A stretch of 64,000 nucleotides of DNA from Hormiphora californensis (Eukaryota; Animalia; Ctenophora): assembly GCA_020137815.1 (NCBI GenBank), contig CM035353.1, positions 3,968,001 through 4,032,000 of the forward strand. Reading direction: 5' to 3'. This document shows positions 38,001 to 50,100 of the stretch, in pieces (positions within the stretch are counted from its first letter, which is position 1; each line of letters starts with the position of its first letter). The position numbers and the translations under genes were made by a program. Under the pieces are notes generated by a model. It ran no database searches and was not told the origin of the DNA. It was given only the letters and a program-made list of their open reading frames with translations.

Positions 38001-41000
38001 ATATAGCTATGGTGTTTTACTGTAACTCTCTACCTAGTGTATATTATCTGATTAAAACGATCAATTAGCCAAATAATATATGTATATCAATTCTCCAACT
38101 ATTAAACTCCCATATATTCCACCCACAGATTCAGTTCTCAAGTGTTTCGGAGCAAGTGATTGAGTCCCTGGGTGACAAGAATCCGGCGTCCGCAGAACAC
38201 CCAAATTGTGGTTCGGTTTAAAATTGCCCAACACGTCCCCAAAAACCCAGGGGCGGAATTTTTAAACCTATTTTAACCTTCCCTAAGCCCCCCCTGTCCC
38301 TAAAAAACTCCGTTTTTTTCCCGGTCCCTCAAAAAGGTTTAAAAACCTTTTTTCCCTTTCAACCTTTTTTTTTTTCCCCCCGGTGCCCCCCGCCCCCCCG
38401 TGTGAAAAAAAATTATGGTGTACAGAGCTTTTTTTGTGAAACCCGTCTTTTTGAAAAATAGGGAAATTCCCTGTATCTCAAAAACGGATGATCGTAGAGA
38501 CCTGTGACCAAGCTTAATCGATTCAGAAGGTCCAATTTTGGGGGGGTCTTCTGAGAGACATTTTGCTCCTACTCCAACCGTTTTTGCTGTAAATGCGGAA
38601 AAGGTATCAGCAAGTAAGGGGGAAATCAGCCCGAAGCAGGCTACTGGAATAGAGTTGTTCCCCCTTTTCATAGAATTGGTTTTTGCAATTACAGCAAAAA
38701 CGGTTGGAGTAGGAGCAAAATGTCTCTCAGAAGACCCCCCCAAAATTGGACCTTCTGAATCGATTAAGCTTGCTCGCAGGTCTCTACGATCATCCGTTTT
38801 TGAGATACAGGGAATTTCCCTATTTTTCAAAAAGACGGGTTTCACAAAAAAAGCTCTGTACACCACATCTTTGGCGGGAAAGTTCCAAAATTTTTGGGCC
38901 ACATAGATAATCTTTTTGAGCAATTATTTCCAGATTTTCATCTCAAATGAAGCATGGGAACATTCTCAGCCAGCGTGTCAAAGAAGCAAAAAAGTAAACC
39001 GTTCTCATGGCCAAAAATAAGCTCCATTTCAAAAATCCTTCTTTGGGCTTATTCACCTTTATATTCTCTTCAAATTCCAAGAATTTGATGTTTCTATCTC
39101 AAAAAAAGTGGTCCTGAGGTTAAAAATTTCAACAAAAATTGAAAAAACGCCACTTTGAAAATAGGCTGTAGCAAAAATATGAATTCGACTTTAGGGCTAA
39201 AATTGCATATTTGAGGTCCATTTTGTATGACCTAAACCCTGGTGAAGTCATTTGGTTGGGCACTCGATGATGAAAAACGCCAGGTGTACCCTTAATATGG
39301 CTCATGTATGCAATAAAAGGGGTGACTTCGTAACCAATACTTAGTTGACATGGTTCACCCAATCCTACTCCCCCATGTTTCCATTAAATTACTTCTTTCA
39401 AACCTTCACTCTCAGGTGGTGGTGGTGACGGGGAAGAAGAGGAAGAAGATGAGGAGCTTGATCCGTATGACCTGGCTGAGGCAAAGGACATCATTAAACT
39501 TCTCAACAAGGATTGTCCTGATTTCCATACCATGCTGGTAAATCATATGCATTGATATAGGTGATACACTGTTATAATGTGGAGGTGATGCACTGTTATA
39601 ATGGGGTGTCACACCTAGTATAATGGGGTGATACACTGTTATAATGGGGTGATACACTGTTATAATGGGGGGTGATACACTGTTATAATGGGGTGATACA
39701 CTGTTATAATGGGGAGGTGATACACTGTTATAATGGGGAGGTGATACACTGTTATAATGGGGAGGTGATACACTGTTATAATGGGGAGGTGTCACACTGT
39801 TATAATGGGGAGGTGATACACTGTTATAATGGGGAGGTGTCACACTGATATAATGGGGAGGTAATACACTGTTATAATGGGGAGGTGATACACTGTTATA
39901 ATGGGGAGGTGACACACTGTTATAATGGGGAGGTGTCACACTGATATAATGGGGAGGTGATACACTGTTATAATGGGGAGGTATCAGGTGATACACTGTT
40001 ATTAATGTGGAATTGTTGCTGGAAACCCTCTCTGCAATTAGTTCAGAATATTTGATTCAAATACATTTGCTGGGCATTTGATTCTATATATAATGATATA
40101 TTATTTCAGACTGACAAAAGTTGGAAGATTAGAAAGGAGGCATTGGAAAAGTTGCAACCTCTTGCCGAATATATCAAAATTGAGCCAAGCAGTAAGTTTA
40201 ACTTTTAGAAAGTACATTTACCACCGTTCTATCATTGATTTTGACATTACCCTAATTGTACACTTCTTGGTTGTTCGACCCTCTTTTTACCCAACTCTCT
40301 CTGATCGTGCAATACATGACACTTCTTGTGCTGTTGTAATAATTGTAGGGTTAATTGTATGAACAATACAAGACACTTCTTGAATAATTTGTAATGCAAG
40401 CAGAACAGAGCTAGCTTACTTTTAGTGGTAATGGTGGTAGTAGAGCTAGCTTCTCATATATCAAGCACTTTGACACAGGATCTCTCTTTCAGATGAGTTT
40501 GGTGGCATTGTGTCCCCGCTAGCCAAGATAATCACTAAGGACAGTAATATCGTAGTGGTACAACTTGCTGCAAAATGCCTCGCTGGACTAGCAAAGGGAT
40601 TAAGAAAAGGTGCAGTATTTACTATTCTCCCCATTTGATCTAGCTTTTCGGACCTAAACCTACTCTTGGTTATATTAATTGCGTTGTTGGGCGTATGGAG
40701 AAGTAATTCAATTATACCTACCATCTCGTTGCAGCTTACTCAAGTCACGCGAAGGAGACCGTAGTGGCATGCCTTAGCAAGTACAAGGAAAAGAAAGCGT
40801 CAGTAATTGCCGTCCTGAGCGATTGCTTAGATGCCACCATTGAAACGGTAACTAATTAATTAATGGTTTGGGACATATAATAGCTATGGTGTTTTACTTT
40901 AACTCTCTACCAAGTTTTATTCTCTGATTAAAACGATCAATTAGCCAAATATTATATCAATTCTCCAGTTATTAAACTCCCATTCCATCCACAGATCCAG

Positions 41001-44000
41001 TTCTCAAGTGTTTCGGAGCAAGTGATTGAGTCCCTGGGTGACAAGAATCCGGCAGTCCGACAGGAGACAACCAACTTTGTGGTTCGGTTATTGACACAGT
41101 CAAAAGCGAATAACCTTCCTAAACCTGTCATGAAAGCTCTTTGTCCCGCTCTAAAAAAGGTAACTGCTCAAACTTGCGTGCCGCCATGGTGAAATATTTG
41201 GTTTGGCAGGGCGAAACTTACTATTGGTATTGTATCACTTCACAAACATATCTCCTAGTTGTTGTACCACTTCACAAACATATCTCCTAGTTGTTGTACC
41301 ACTTCACAAACATATCTCCTAGTTGTTGTACCACTTCACAAACATATCTCCTAGTTGTTGTACCACTTCACAAACATATCTCCTAGTTGTTGTACCACTT
41401 CACAAACATATCTCCTAGTTGTTGTACCACTTCACAAACATATCTCCTAGTTGTTGTACCACTTCACAAACATATCTCCTAGTTGTTGTACCACTTCACA
41501 AACATATCTCCTAGTTGTTGTACCACTTCACAAACATATCTCCTAGTTGTTGTACCACTTCACAAACATATCTCCTAGTTGTTGTACCACTTCACAAACA
41601 TATCTCCTAGTTGTTGTACCACTTCACAAACATATCTCCTAGTTGTTGTACCACTTCACAAACATATCTCCTAGTTGTTGTACCACTTCACAAACATATC
41701 TCCTAGTTGTTGTACCACTTCACAAACATATCTCCTAGTTGTTGTACCACTTCACAAACATATCTCCTAGTTGTTGTACCACTTCACAAACATATCTCCT
41801 AGTTGTTGGACGATACAGTTGGTACGGTTCGGGACGCTGCTTCCATGGCTCTTGGTACTGCCATGAAGGTGGTGGGGGAAAAGTTCATGGCGGAGTATCT
41901 TGCTGATTTGGATAACATCAAAAAGGGAAAGGTTTGTTCTAACCCTCCTTTAAATTTGTAAACAAAGGTGTTTCCAACTGTCATATTCTATGACACTCTT
42001 TTTGATATTGAACATTTCACTTCCATCTTTTCCACCCCTATATTATCTCTTTCCCCTAATCTGTCTTACATGTATCTCCCTAATCTTATCTCTCTCCCCT
42101 AATCTGTCTTACATGTATCTCCCTAATCTTATCTCTCTCCCCTAATCTGTCTTACATGTATCTCCCTAATCTTATCTCTTAATATGTCGTGATTACTGTT
42201 TAATAGCCCAACTGGTCATTCCGAAAAATCAGATACAAACACATTAATGTGCTGCACTGTATATGAGTTACTCCAACCCTCCAGTTTCAATGCTTGTTTA
42301 ACGAAGGAAGTAACCAAGCGATCCACTGGATTCGATATATCTAGGCGCATATCATATTGCCACAGTACTGATGTATTAGCTCTATCTTTATATCGGATAT
42401 CTCGAACAGCAACAATCCTTGTATTTAAACAGGGTTCTTGCTTTCTAACCAGTTAGGCGTATTAAACAGGGCACATGTTATCTGCAGCGCTCACATATCA
42501 TGATAATGAACTACATTAGCCGTAGTATTATGCACTATGCTGCAGGGACATCACACACACTGTTCGAGATATCCGATATAAAGATAGTGCTAATACATCA
42601 GTACTGTGGCAATATGATATGCGCCTAGATATATCGAATCCAGTGGATCGCTTGGTTACTTCCTTCGTTAAACAAGCATTGAAACTGGAGGGTTGGAGTA
42701 ACTCATATACAGTGCAGCACATTAATGTGTTTGTATCTGATTTTTCGGAATGACCAGTTGGGCTATTAAACAGTAATCACGATCACGACATATTAATTGA
42801 ATTCGTGATCCTCGGATCAACTGCACGAAATCAGTGATGGCACCTCGTACCGTTGAACGGTCGATTGATTCAATAACCTGTTGTTCAGGCTTGATCAATA
42901 TCATGTGTGTGGGTGATGTGTGTGTGTGATGTCCCTGCAGCATAGTGCATAATACTACGGCTAATGTAGTTCATTATCATGAATCTTATCTCTCTCCCCT
43001 AATCTTATTATTATTTCTCCCTAATCTTATCTCTCTCCCCTAATCTGTCTTATTTCTTGTCCCAAGAAAGCACACACAGCAAGTTTGTTACGAAATAACC
43101 CCTCCCTTGCCAGCGTGCGTGAAGGTCGCGAGGCGACCTGAGGGGTTATTTCGTAACCAATGAGCCAAGCACACATAAACCTAACTACACAAACATTTTC
43201 TCACGCTGTCGATGTTGATCCATGATTTCGGAGATAGCTCCTTTACAGGAACCGACCGAAACAAGTAAACAACCAATCAGAACTCGTTATTTAGATCACG
43301 TGACTGGTTATCAGCCAATCAGGGACCAGTATTTCTTGATTCTGTCGGTTCCTGCTCCTTTATCCCACACACGGAATAACGTGTTTAGTTTACTGGCCTT
43401 ATAATATGCAGCACATCTGTAGGAGATGAAGCGTGGGATGAATTGGTAGATTTTTATACGTGGGACCTGTATTGACATGAATTGTAATACTAGCTCTCCT
43501 CACTAGTCATGGTAGTGCACTTACAAATCTAAAATAGTCGTATTGGTTGAGAGGGAGATTCCCACGGGGAGATGAATTGGTTGAGAGGGAGATTCCCAGG
43601 GAGATGAATTGTAATCTGGCAATCGGAGTTAATTGAGGAAATAGAAGTGAGAGCGAACGTTAAACGATATGTTGTAGCGTACAGACAGTGGGCAAAAAAT
43701 TTCTTATTTAGATATAGAGAGAGAAACTACTAAGCTACCAAAAACCACAAACGTCGAGGCTGTTTTATCATAGGCCAAATCTACCTGTAATGAGGTTACA
43801 TTGTTTTTCTGAAGTTTCTGCCTTGCAAGATTCTTCTGCACGTTGTTTAGTTACTAAAGTTAGTAAAGATGAGTGTCAATAAACAGCATCTATCGCCAGT
43901 CCGAGAGAGGCCTGATTCTCCACCTACAAAGTGGATATCATTCTCCCCAAAAGGGTTTCACCGAACTTTGGAGCTGTGGGGTCATGATGAGGGCGATGAG

Positions 44001-44160
44001 GTGGAAGAGCGGGCCTCCTTTCTAGCTGCAAGTTCCTGGCAACCACGGGTATAACTGACATACAGACAGACAGACAGATAGACAGACAGACAGACATTCA
44101 AACATTCATACATATAGAAAGACTGACAGACTGGCTGACTGACTGACTGACAGGCAGACA

Positions 44161-44191
<31 letters not shown>

Positions 44192-47100
44192 AGACTGACT
44201 GACTGACTAACTGACTGACTGACTGACTGACTGACTAACTGACTGACTGACTGACTGACTGACTGACTGGGACATTTTATAAGATCTGGGATATCAACTA
44301 CGATAAATTCCTAGGTCCTGCAACGGTTTGAGGAGTGGGATAGTGGTGGAGAGAGTTCATCATGGATGGCGGCTCACATTACTAAAAATAGTACCGATGA
44401 TCAATGCCTTCTAATTGAATCAGAATCACCGACCAACATATCTACCACAGACAAAACCATACGATCCAGCAGCAAAGGAAATCATTTTAACGATAACTCC
44501 ATCTTACGAGCCGCCCGTTGGAGGGGAGTGAAGACTGCCGTAAGGGTTAGTGGCAACCTCGGTCGGTTGAAAACACAAGGAAACATCGGGATGAAAAGTG
44601 CCAGGGCTATGTATCGTTGGAAGTTAGTTCAAAGAGCAACCCGAGACAAGCGAGTGTTTCTTTCAAACCACCGTACTGCCTCTAAAAATTGGAGACTACT
44701 TCGAAATGCGACTAGGGGCAAAAACCACTTTCTGTTGACCGTTACCACGCAACGGGGAGTCAATAACACCGAACAGAGCTCGCGTGCTCGGCGAAAATGG
44801 AAGGTAGCACAGACTGCTGTCCTCAGTGCGACACGACATCACCAGAACATTGTCTCAAGAGATTCCTATAGCCCAGTGGCTGGGTCAGACACACTTAGAG
44901 GACGATCAAACACCGCATTGGAAAGTTACCGTGCCCGGCGAAAATGGAAGGTAGCACAGACTGCTGTCCTCAGTGCGACACGACATCACCAAAACATTAT
45001 CTCAAGAGATTCCTATAGCCCAGTGGCTGGGTCAGACACACTTAGAGGACGATCAAACACAGCATTGGAAAGTTACCGTGCCCGGAGAAAATGGAAGGTA
45101 GCACAGACTGCTGTCCTCAGTGCGGCACGACATCGCCAGAATATTATCTCAAGAGATTCCTATAGCCCAGTGGCTGGGTCAGACACACTTAGAGGACGAT
45201 CAAACACCGCATTGGAAAGTTACCGTGCCCGACGAAAATGGAAGGTAGCACAGACTGCTGTCATCAGTGCGACACGACATCACCAGAATATTATCTCAAG
45301 AGATTCATATAGCTCAGTGGATGGGTCAGACACACTTAGAGGACGATCAAACACTGCCTTGGAGAGTTACCGTGCCCGACGAAAATGGAAGATAATTCAA
45401 GCAGCCACATTGTGCAGTTCAAAACACCACAATACCACAACGCCTAGATTGGCAGTGCCCAAGATAGCTGTAAGATGTCGAGGTCGATTTAACACGGTTT
45501 TGGAAAGTAATCGAGCTAGACGTCGGTGGAAAGTGGTTCAAACTGCTGTTCTCTCTTTCACCCGGCATCGTCAACACATCTCAAGATCCGGATCAGATTC
45601 TCATAAATCAGTGGCTGCATCGGAAAGATTTGGTAAAATCACAAAACCTCAAGCTATACAAAGAGCTACGTCACTGCCCAGGCCATCCCGAGAAAGGGTT
45701 GGCAGTTCCAGAAGAAAGATATCAAAAAGACGGGGAAGCAGTGCTGAGGATCGTTTGATGAAGAAGTTAGATCTAACAGAAGAGCTGAAACTTCTCCGTA
45801 CTCAACTGAATAAGGGTCAGTATTATATATGAAGTACATATATAGCGTGATCCTTTGCACACAAGACGCTGCTCCTTGTCCATGCTATTGTCTGTTTCTG
45901 GGCCCTGTTAATGCTGAATGATGCGTTGACTCAAGAGGATTTTTCCTCAAGTCTCACTAATCTCAGTTCTCACTATAATCTCAGTAATTCTCACTAATCT
46001 CATCCTCATCAACTCTACCGACATCCCACGCAACCTTCTATAGAAGTACTTGCATAGATTCCTCGTCATTCCATTTCAACCTATCTTTCTCTATCCCTTT
46101 TTATCGTTCTCTATCACTTTCTCTATCCCTTTTCATAATTTCTCCCCTCTCCCTCCCCCTACCTCACATACCCATACCTCTCCCAATTCCCTCCCCTGAT
46201 CTCCCTCTCCCCTACCTATATTACCCCTATATTACTAAGTTGCTCTCCTCCCCCTACCTATTATATATATATTACCCTACACTCCTCCCCTACACCCCTC
46301 TCAAGGTTACGGAGAGTTATGAAAAAGCGGAAGTCCGTTTCCCTTACAAAGGTGCGGGTGCCGCCGCTGTCACTAAAAAGGCAGCACCTACCAAGAAGAA
46401 GGAACCAGAAAAAAAGAAATCACCGACTCCCGCTGCTGCCGCTACAGAAGAGAAAAAGAAAGCTCCTGCTAAAAAGGGCCCCGCTAAAAAAGGTTCCGAT
46501 TATTATACGTCGCATGCGCTGTTCTGTTTGTTATACGTGGCAGCATTATATTAAAACTATAAGAGTCTCAACTCTCTCACGGTTACCTACCCCGGACAGT
46601 TGAGACTCGACTAATACCAGGTTAGATAAATCATCACACGTCTCAATTGTCCCTATTTTCACAGCACACACACAAACAAACAAACATCCCTATATTTTAC
46701 CACATTATTTGTTTGCAGCGGGAGGCAAGAAAGCCGCACCGGTGAAGAAAGAGAACAAACAGAAACAACTTGACAGCGACGAGATCACAGAGAATGAGAT
46801 GACAGATGACCAGGTGGATTGTGCTTTGGAGGGTATCATAGATGCTGAAACAATCTCAGGTATTATACATATCGGGGGTTGGGGGTAGTATAGATGCTGA
46901 AACAATCTCAGGTAGATCGGGGGATGGGGGTATTATAGATGCTGAAACAATCTCAGGTAGATCGGGGGATGGGGGTATTATAATTATAAGGAGTGTATGA
47001 ATAGGGATTGATCGATCGTTGATTGTGTGTATTGGTCAATCTGTAATTTCATAGTTTTGGCGTATATTATACCTGGACTTGGCCAATGTATACAACTAGT

Positions 47101-50100
47101 TCAACGAGATCGTTTCTAAAATGTTGTTTAGATTTGACAGTAGAGAAAACTCTATCGTTTGGATTGTTGCAACGTATTCTTTTCCAGGTCTTGGTAACTC
47201 AAACTGGAAGGCTCGGTTAGAAGCCGTCCAGGCTGTCTCCTCTAAAGCAGATGGAGGAGGCGATTTGCCAGTTCAGGCACTCGTTCAGCTATTAGCTCGA
47301 AAACCAGGATTCAAGGACAATAATGCACAGGTGAGAATGCTTGTTTGAAGGAATGGGAACAAATTTGTGCTTTTCAGCACGGTCATGGGTTTTAGGAATA
47401 AATTTCTAAAACAACTAATCCATTGTCTTGATTAATATAAAAGTAAGTTATTTAGCACTATATAAGTATATAAAACATGTCAAAGTAGGAACAAGATTAT
47501 ACGTCATACTCCACAGTCCACTATTATAATAGTTCATGCAACATGCCGGGTACATATTTTACAGTACAAGCCGAGGGGCTAAGAGAGTTACAAGTCCCAT
47601 CACAACCCAAGATATAGATGGAGTGATGCCTGATGAGCTGTAGCAGGAGTTGCAATACCATTGAGCATAATTGTAATTGTTGTAGTTGTTGTTATTGTTG
47701 TTGTTGTTATTGTTGTTGTTGTTGTTATTGTTTGCTCTAGTTTGACGCTTCAATCCCCACGGGTTGCAATTCCAGTTGTTGTTGTTGTTATTGTTATTAT
47801 TATTGTTATTGTTATTGTTATTGTTATTGTTATTGTTTGCTCGAGCTTTGAGTGTGTTGTAGCATGCTCCACAGTACCAGTCTGCATAATAGTAATTATT
47901 GAAGTTGTTATTGTTATTATTATTATTGTTGTTGTTGTTATTATTATTGTTGTTGTTATTGTTTGCCCGAGTCTGGCGGTTCAGTCCCCAGGGATTGCAA
48001 TTCCAGTTGTTATTGTTGTTATTGTTGTTGTTATTGTTGTTGTTATTGTTGTTGTTGTTGTTGTTATTGTTATTGTTATTGTTGTTGTTTGCTCGAGGTT
48101 CCAAATCGTTTCCATCTGTAACAACAGAACATGCCGCCAGCAAGATCAACACCACAGTTATCTTCATCATCAAATAGATCCTTAAATGGTGCCAATTAAA
48201 TTTTTTGGTAAGATATATCAGAGGGGCCAATTAAATTTTTTGGTTAGATATATAGATCAGAGGTTAAACAATTGCGTGACAATATCGCACAAAATCAAAC
48301 TCCCATTGAATGTAAAACATCGAACAACTGCACTTCTCAGTGTGTGTAAATTTCATTACCAGGTGCTGTTATAGAACCTGAGACGGCTCTCTTCAGCTAA
48401 AAGTTTTATGGGAGATAGAGAGACATGCGAGAGAGAGAGGGATAGAGAAAAGGAGATGGATCAGAAAGAGAGAGAAATGAAGTAATTGTAGAGGTTTCAT
48501 GTGCTAATGCCATGTGCGGGATGTTCAGAGATGTGACGCTGTGACGATTTCACTCAAGATCATTGGCTTGAACTCAGTGTTGGGCCTGAGGAATGAGAAA
48601 GACTGTGTAAAGGGATATACTTGTGTCAGTTTCATACAGGGACCTCAACTTTCTCTTCTCAGGTATTGAACGAAAAGTTTTCCATTGTCGAAAAGTTATC
48701 CACGAAGGGAATGAACAAAAGAGCTGCAGACTACGCCATACAAGGTATCAAACTAAGTAGTTAGACAGATCGTTTTAAAGTTTTATTCTAATTGTGGGGC
48801 CTGCGGGCAATCAGTGTCATCCTCTCTCTAGCCATGTTATTAATTCATTACCTAGTATCCTTTTTTCGAGCAGGTGTGAGTATAGTGTGTTTTAATTTAT
48901 ATCTACAGGATTATGGGACCAGTTATTCCCTCAGTTTTATAAGTCAAGTTTATTTAGTCGTCTATATATTGTTTTTCAACCAGAGCTGTTCGAGTGTGTC
49001 ATATAATTAGTCGAGGATATACCGCTCTGATGATTCGGCGGAACATCGTCAATATTTTGGCGGGGGGGGGGGGCCGGCTGAAGTTTTTGAAGTTTGAAGT
49101 TTTCCACCCTACTTTTTGAGTTTTTGAAGTTTTTGAAGTTGACTTCAAAAACTTCAAAAACTTCAAAAACTCTAAACTACTTTTATATGATATCAGTGAC
49201 TATTATTACACTTGTTTAAGTTAGTTTCATGCTTAATACATATTGTGGCAAAGTTATCCGTCCTTGTCTGCCCTTTTTCTACCACAATTTAGGATATTTA
49301 CAATGATTCCTAGCCATGAAATTCATGGCATAATTTGGAGTAAAAATTTTAAACTTTTTGTAAAAACAGATTTCATTTTCATTCTATAACTCAAAAAATT
49401 GCCTAGAAAATGCAAAGAAAGTGTTTAAAAATTATCAAGTAAATTTTCAAAAAATTTTTTGGGGCCACACCCTTTTTACCATTTTCACAAAACGCAAATT
49501 TTTTATGAAGGGAGTAGTGAAAAAAATATGGACACCAAAATCATCAGCGGCCTCGAGTTAGTGGGGGTACGTGCCAAAATGAAGCCTCCACCTCATCTAA
49601 TTCGAGGGATAATGGGATATTTTCAAAATTTTGTGTGTGTGCATGACTTTTTTTGGGCTAGACCAGTTTCAATGGCTCCTGAGTGTCTATAGGATTTTTT
49701 AAGGGGTGTATCTTGTCCAGAATATGCAAGTTTATATAAGAGTTATGAAGCAACATATGGCCTATCTCCAACGGTTTAGGAGATATGAGTTTTTGAAGTT
49801 TTTGAAGTTTTTGAAGTTTTCCACCCTAAGTTTCTCTTTGAAGTTTTTGAAGTCGACTTCAAAAACTTCAAAAACTTCAGCCGGCCCCCCCCCCCCCCCC
49901 CATTTTGGCATGTCTCTGTCGGGTATGGGCGGTATATAAGCGCGGAATATTATTATTATTATTATTCCTTTAGACAGATCCAGACAATTCCTTTTTGACA
50001 TATAGTGTCCTCGCTTCAATAATTTGGATCTCACACACAAAACAACCTCCCGAAATCTTCCCTGACTTCCCCTATTGCCAACTTTTGTTGTACTGCATAG

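Noticed and set aside
38339-39996. 194-aa ORFs
   Set aside because: Read through a foldback element and a 24-bp minisatellite
41236-41808. CRISPR-like periodicity
   Set aside because: Head-to-tail identical units with no spacers; eukaryotic intron
47661-48185. Poly-Val/Ile and poly-Leu ORFs
   Set aside because: Antisense frames of the poly-Asn gene
49021-49050. CTGATGA in the 110-bp element as a hammerhead
   Set aside because: No GAAA after stem II and no stem I/III pairing
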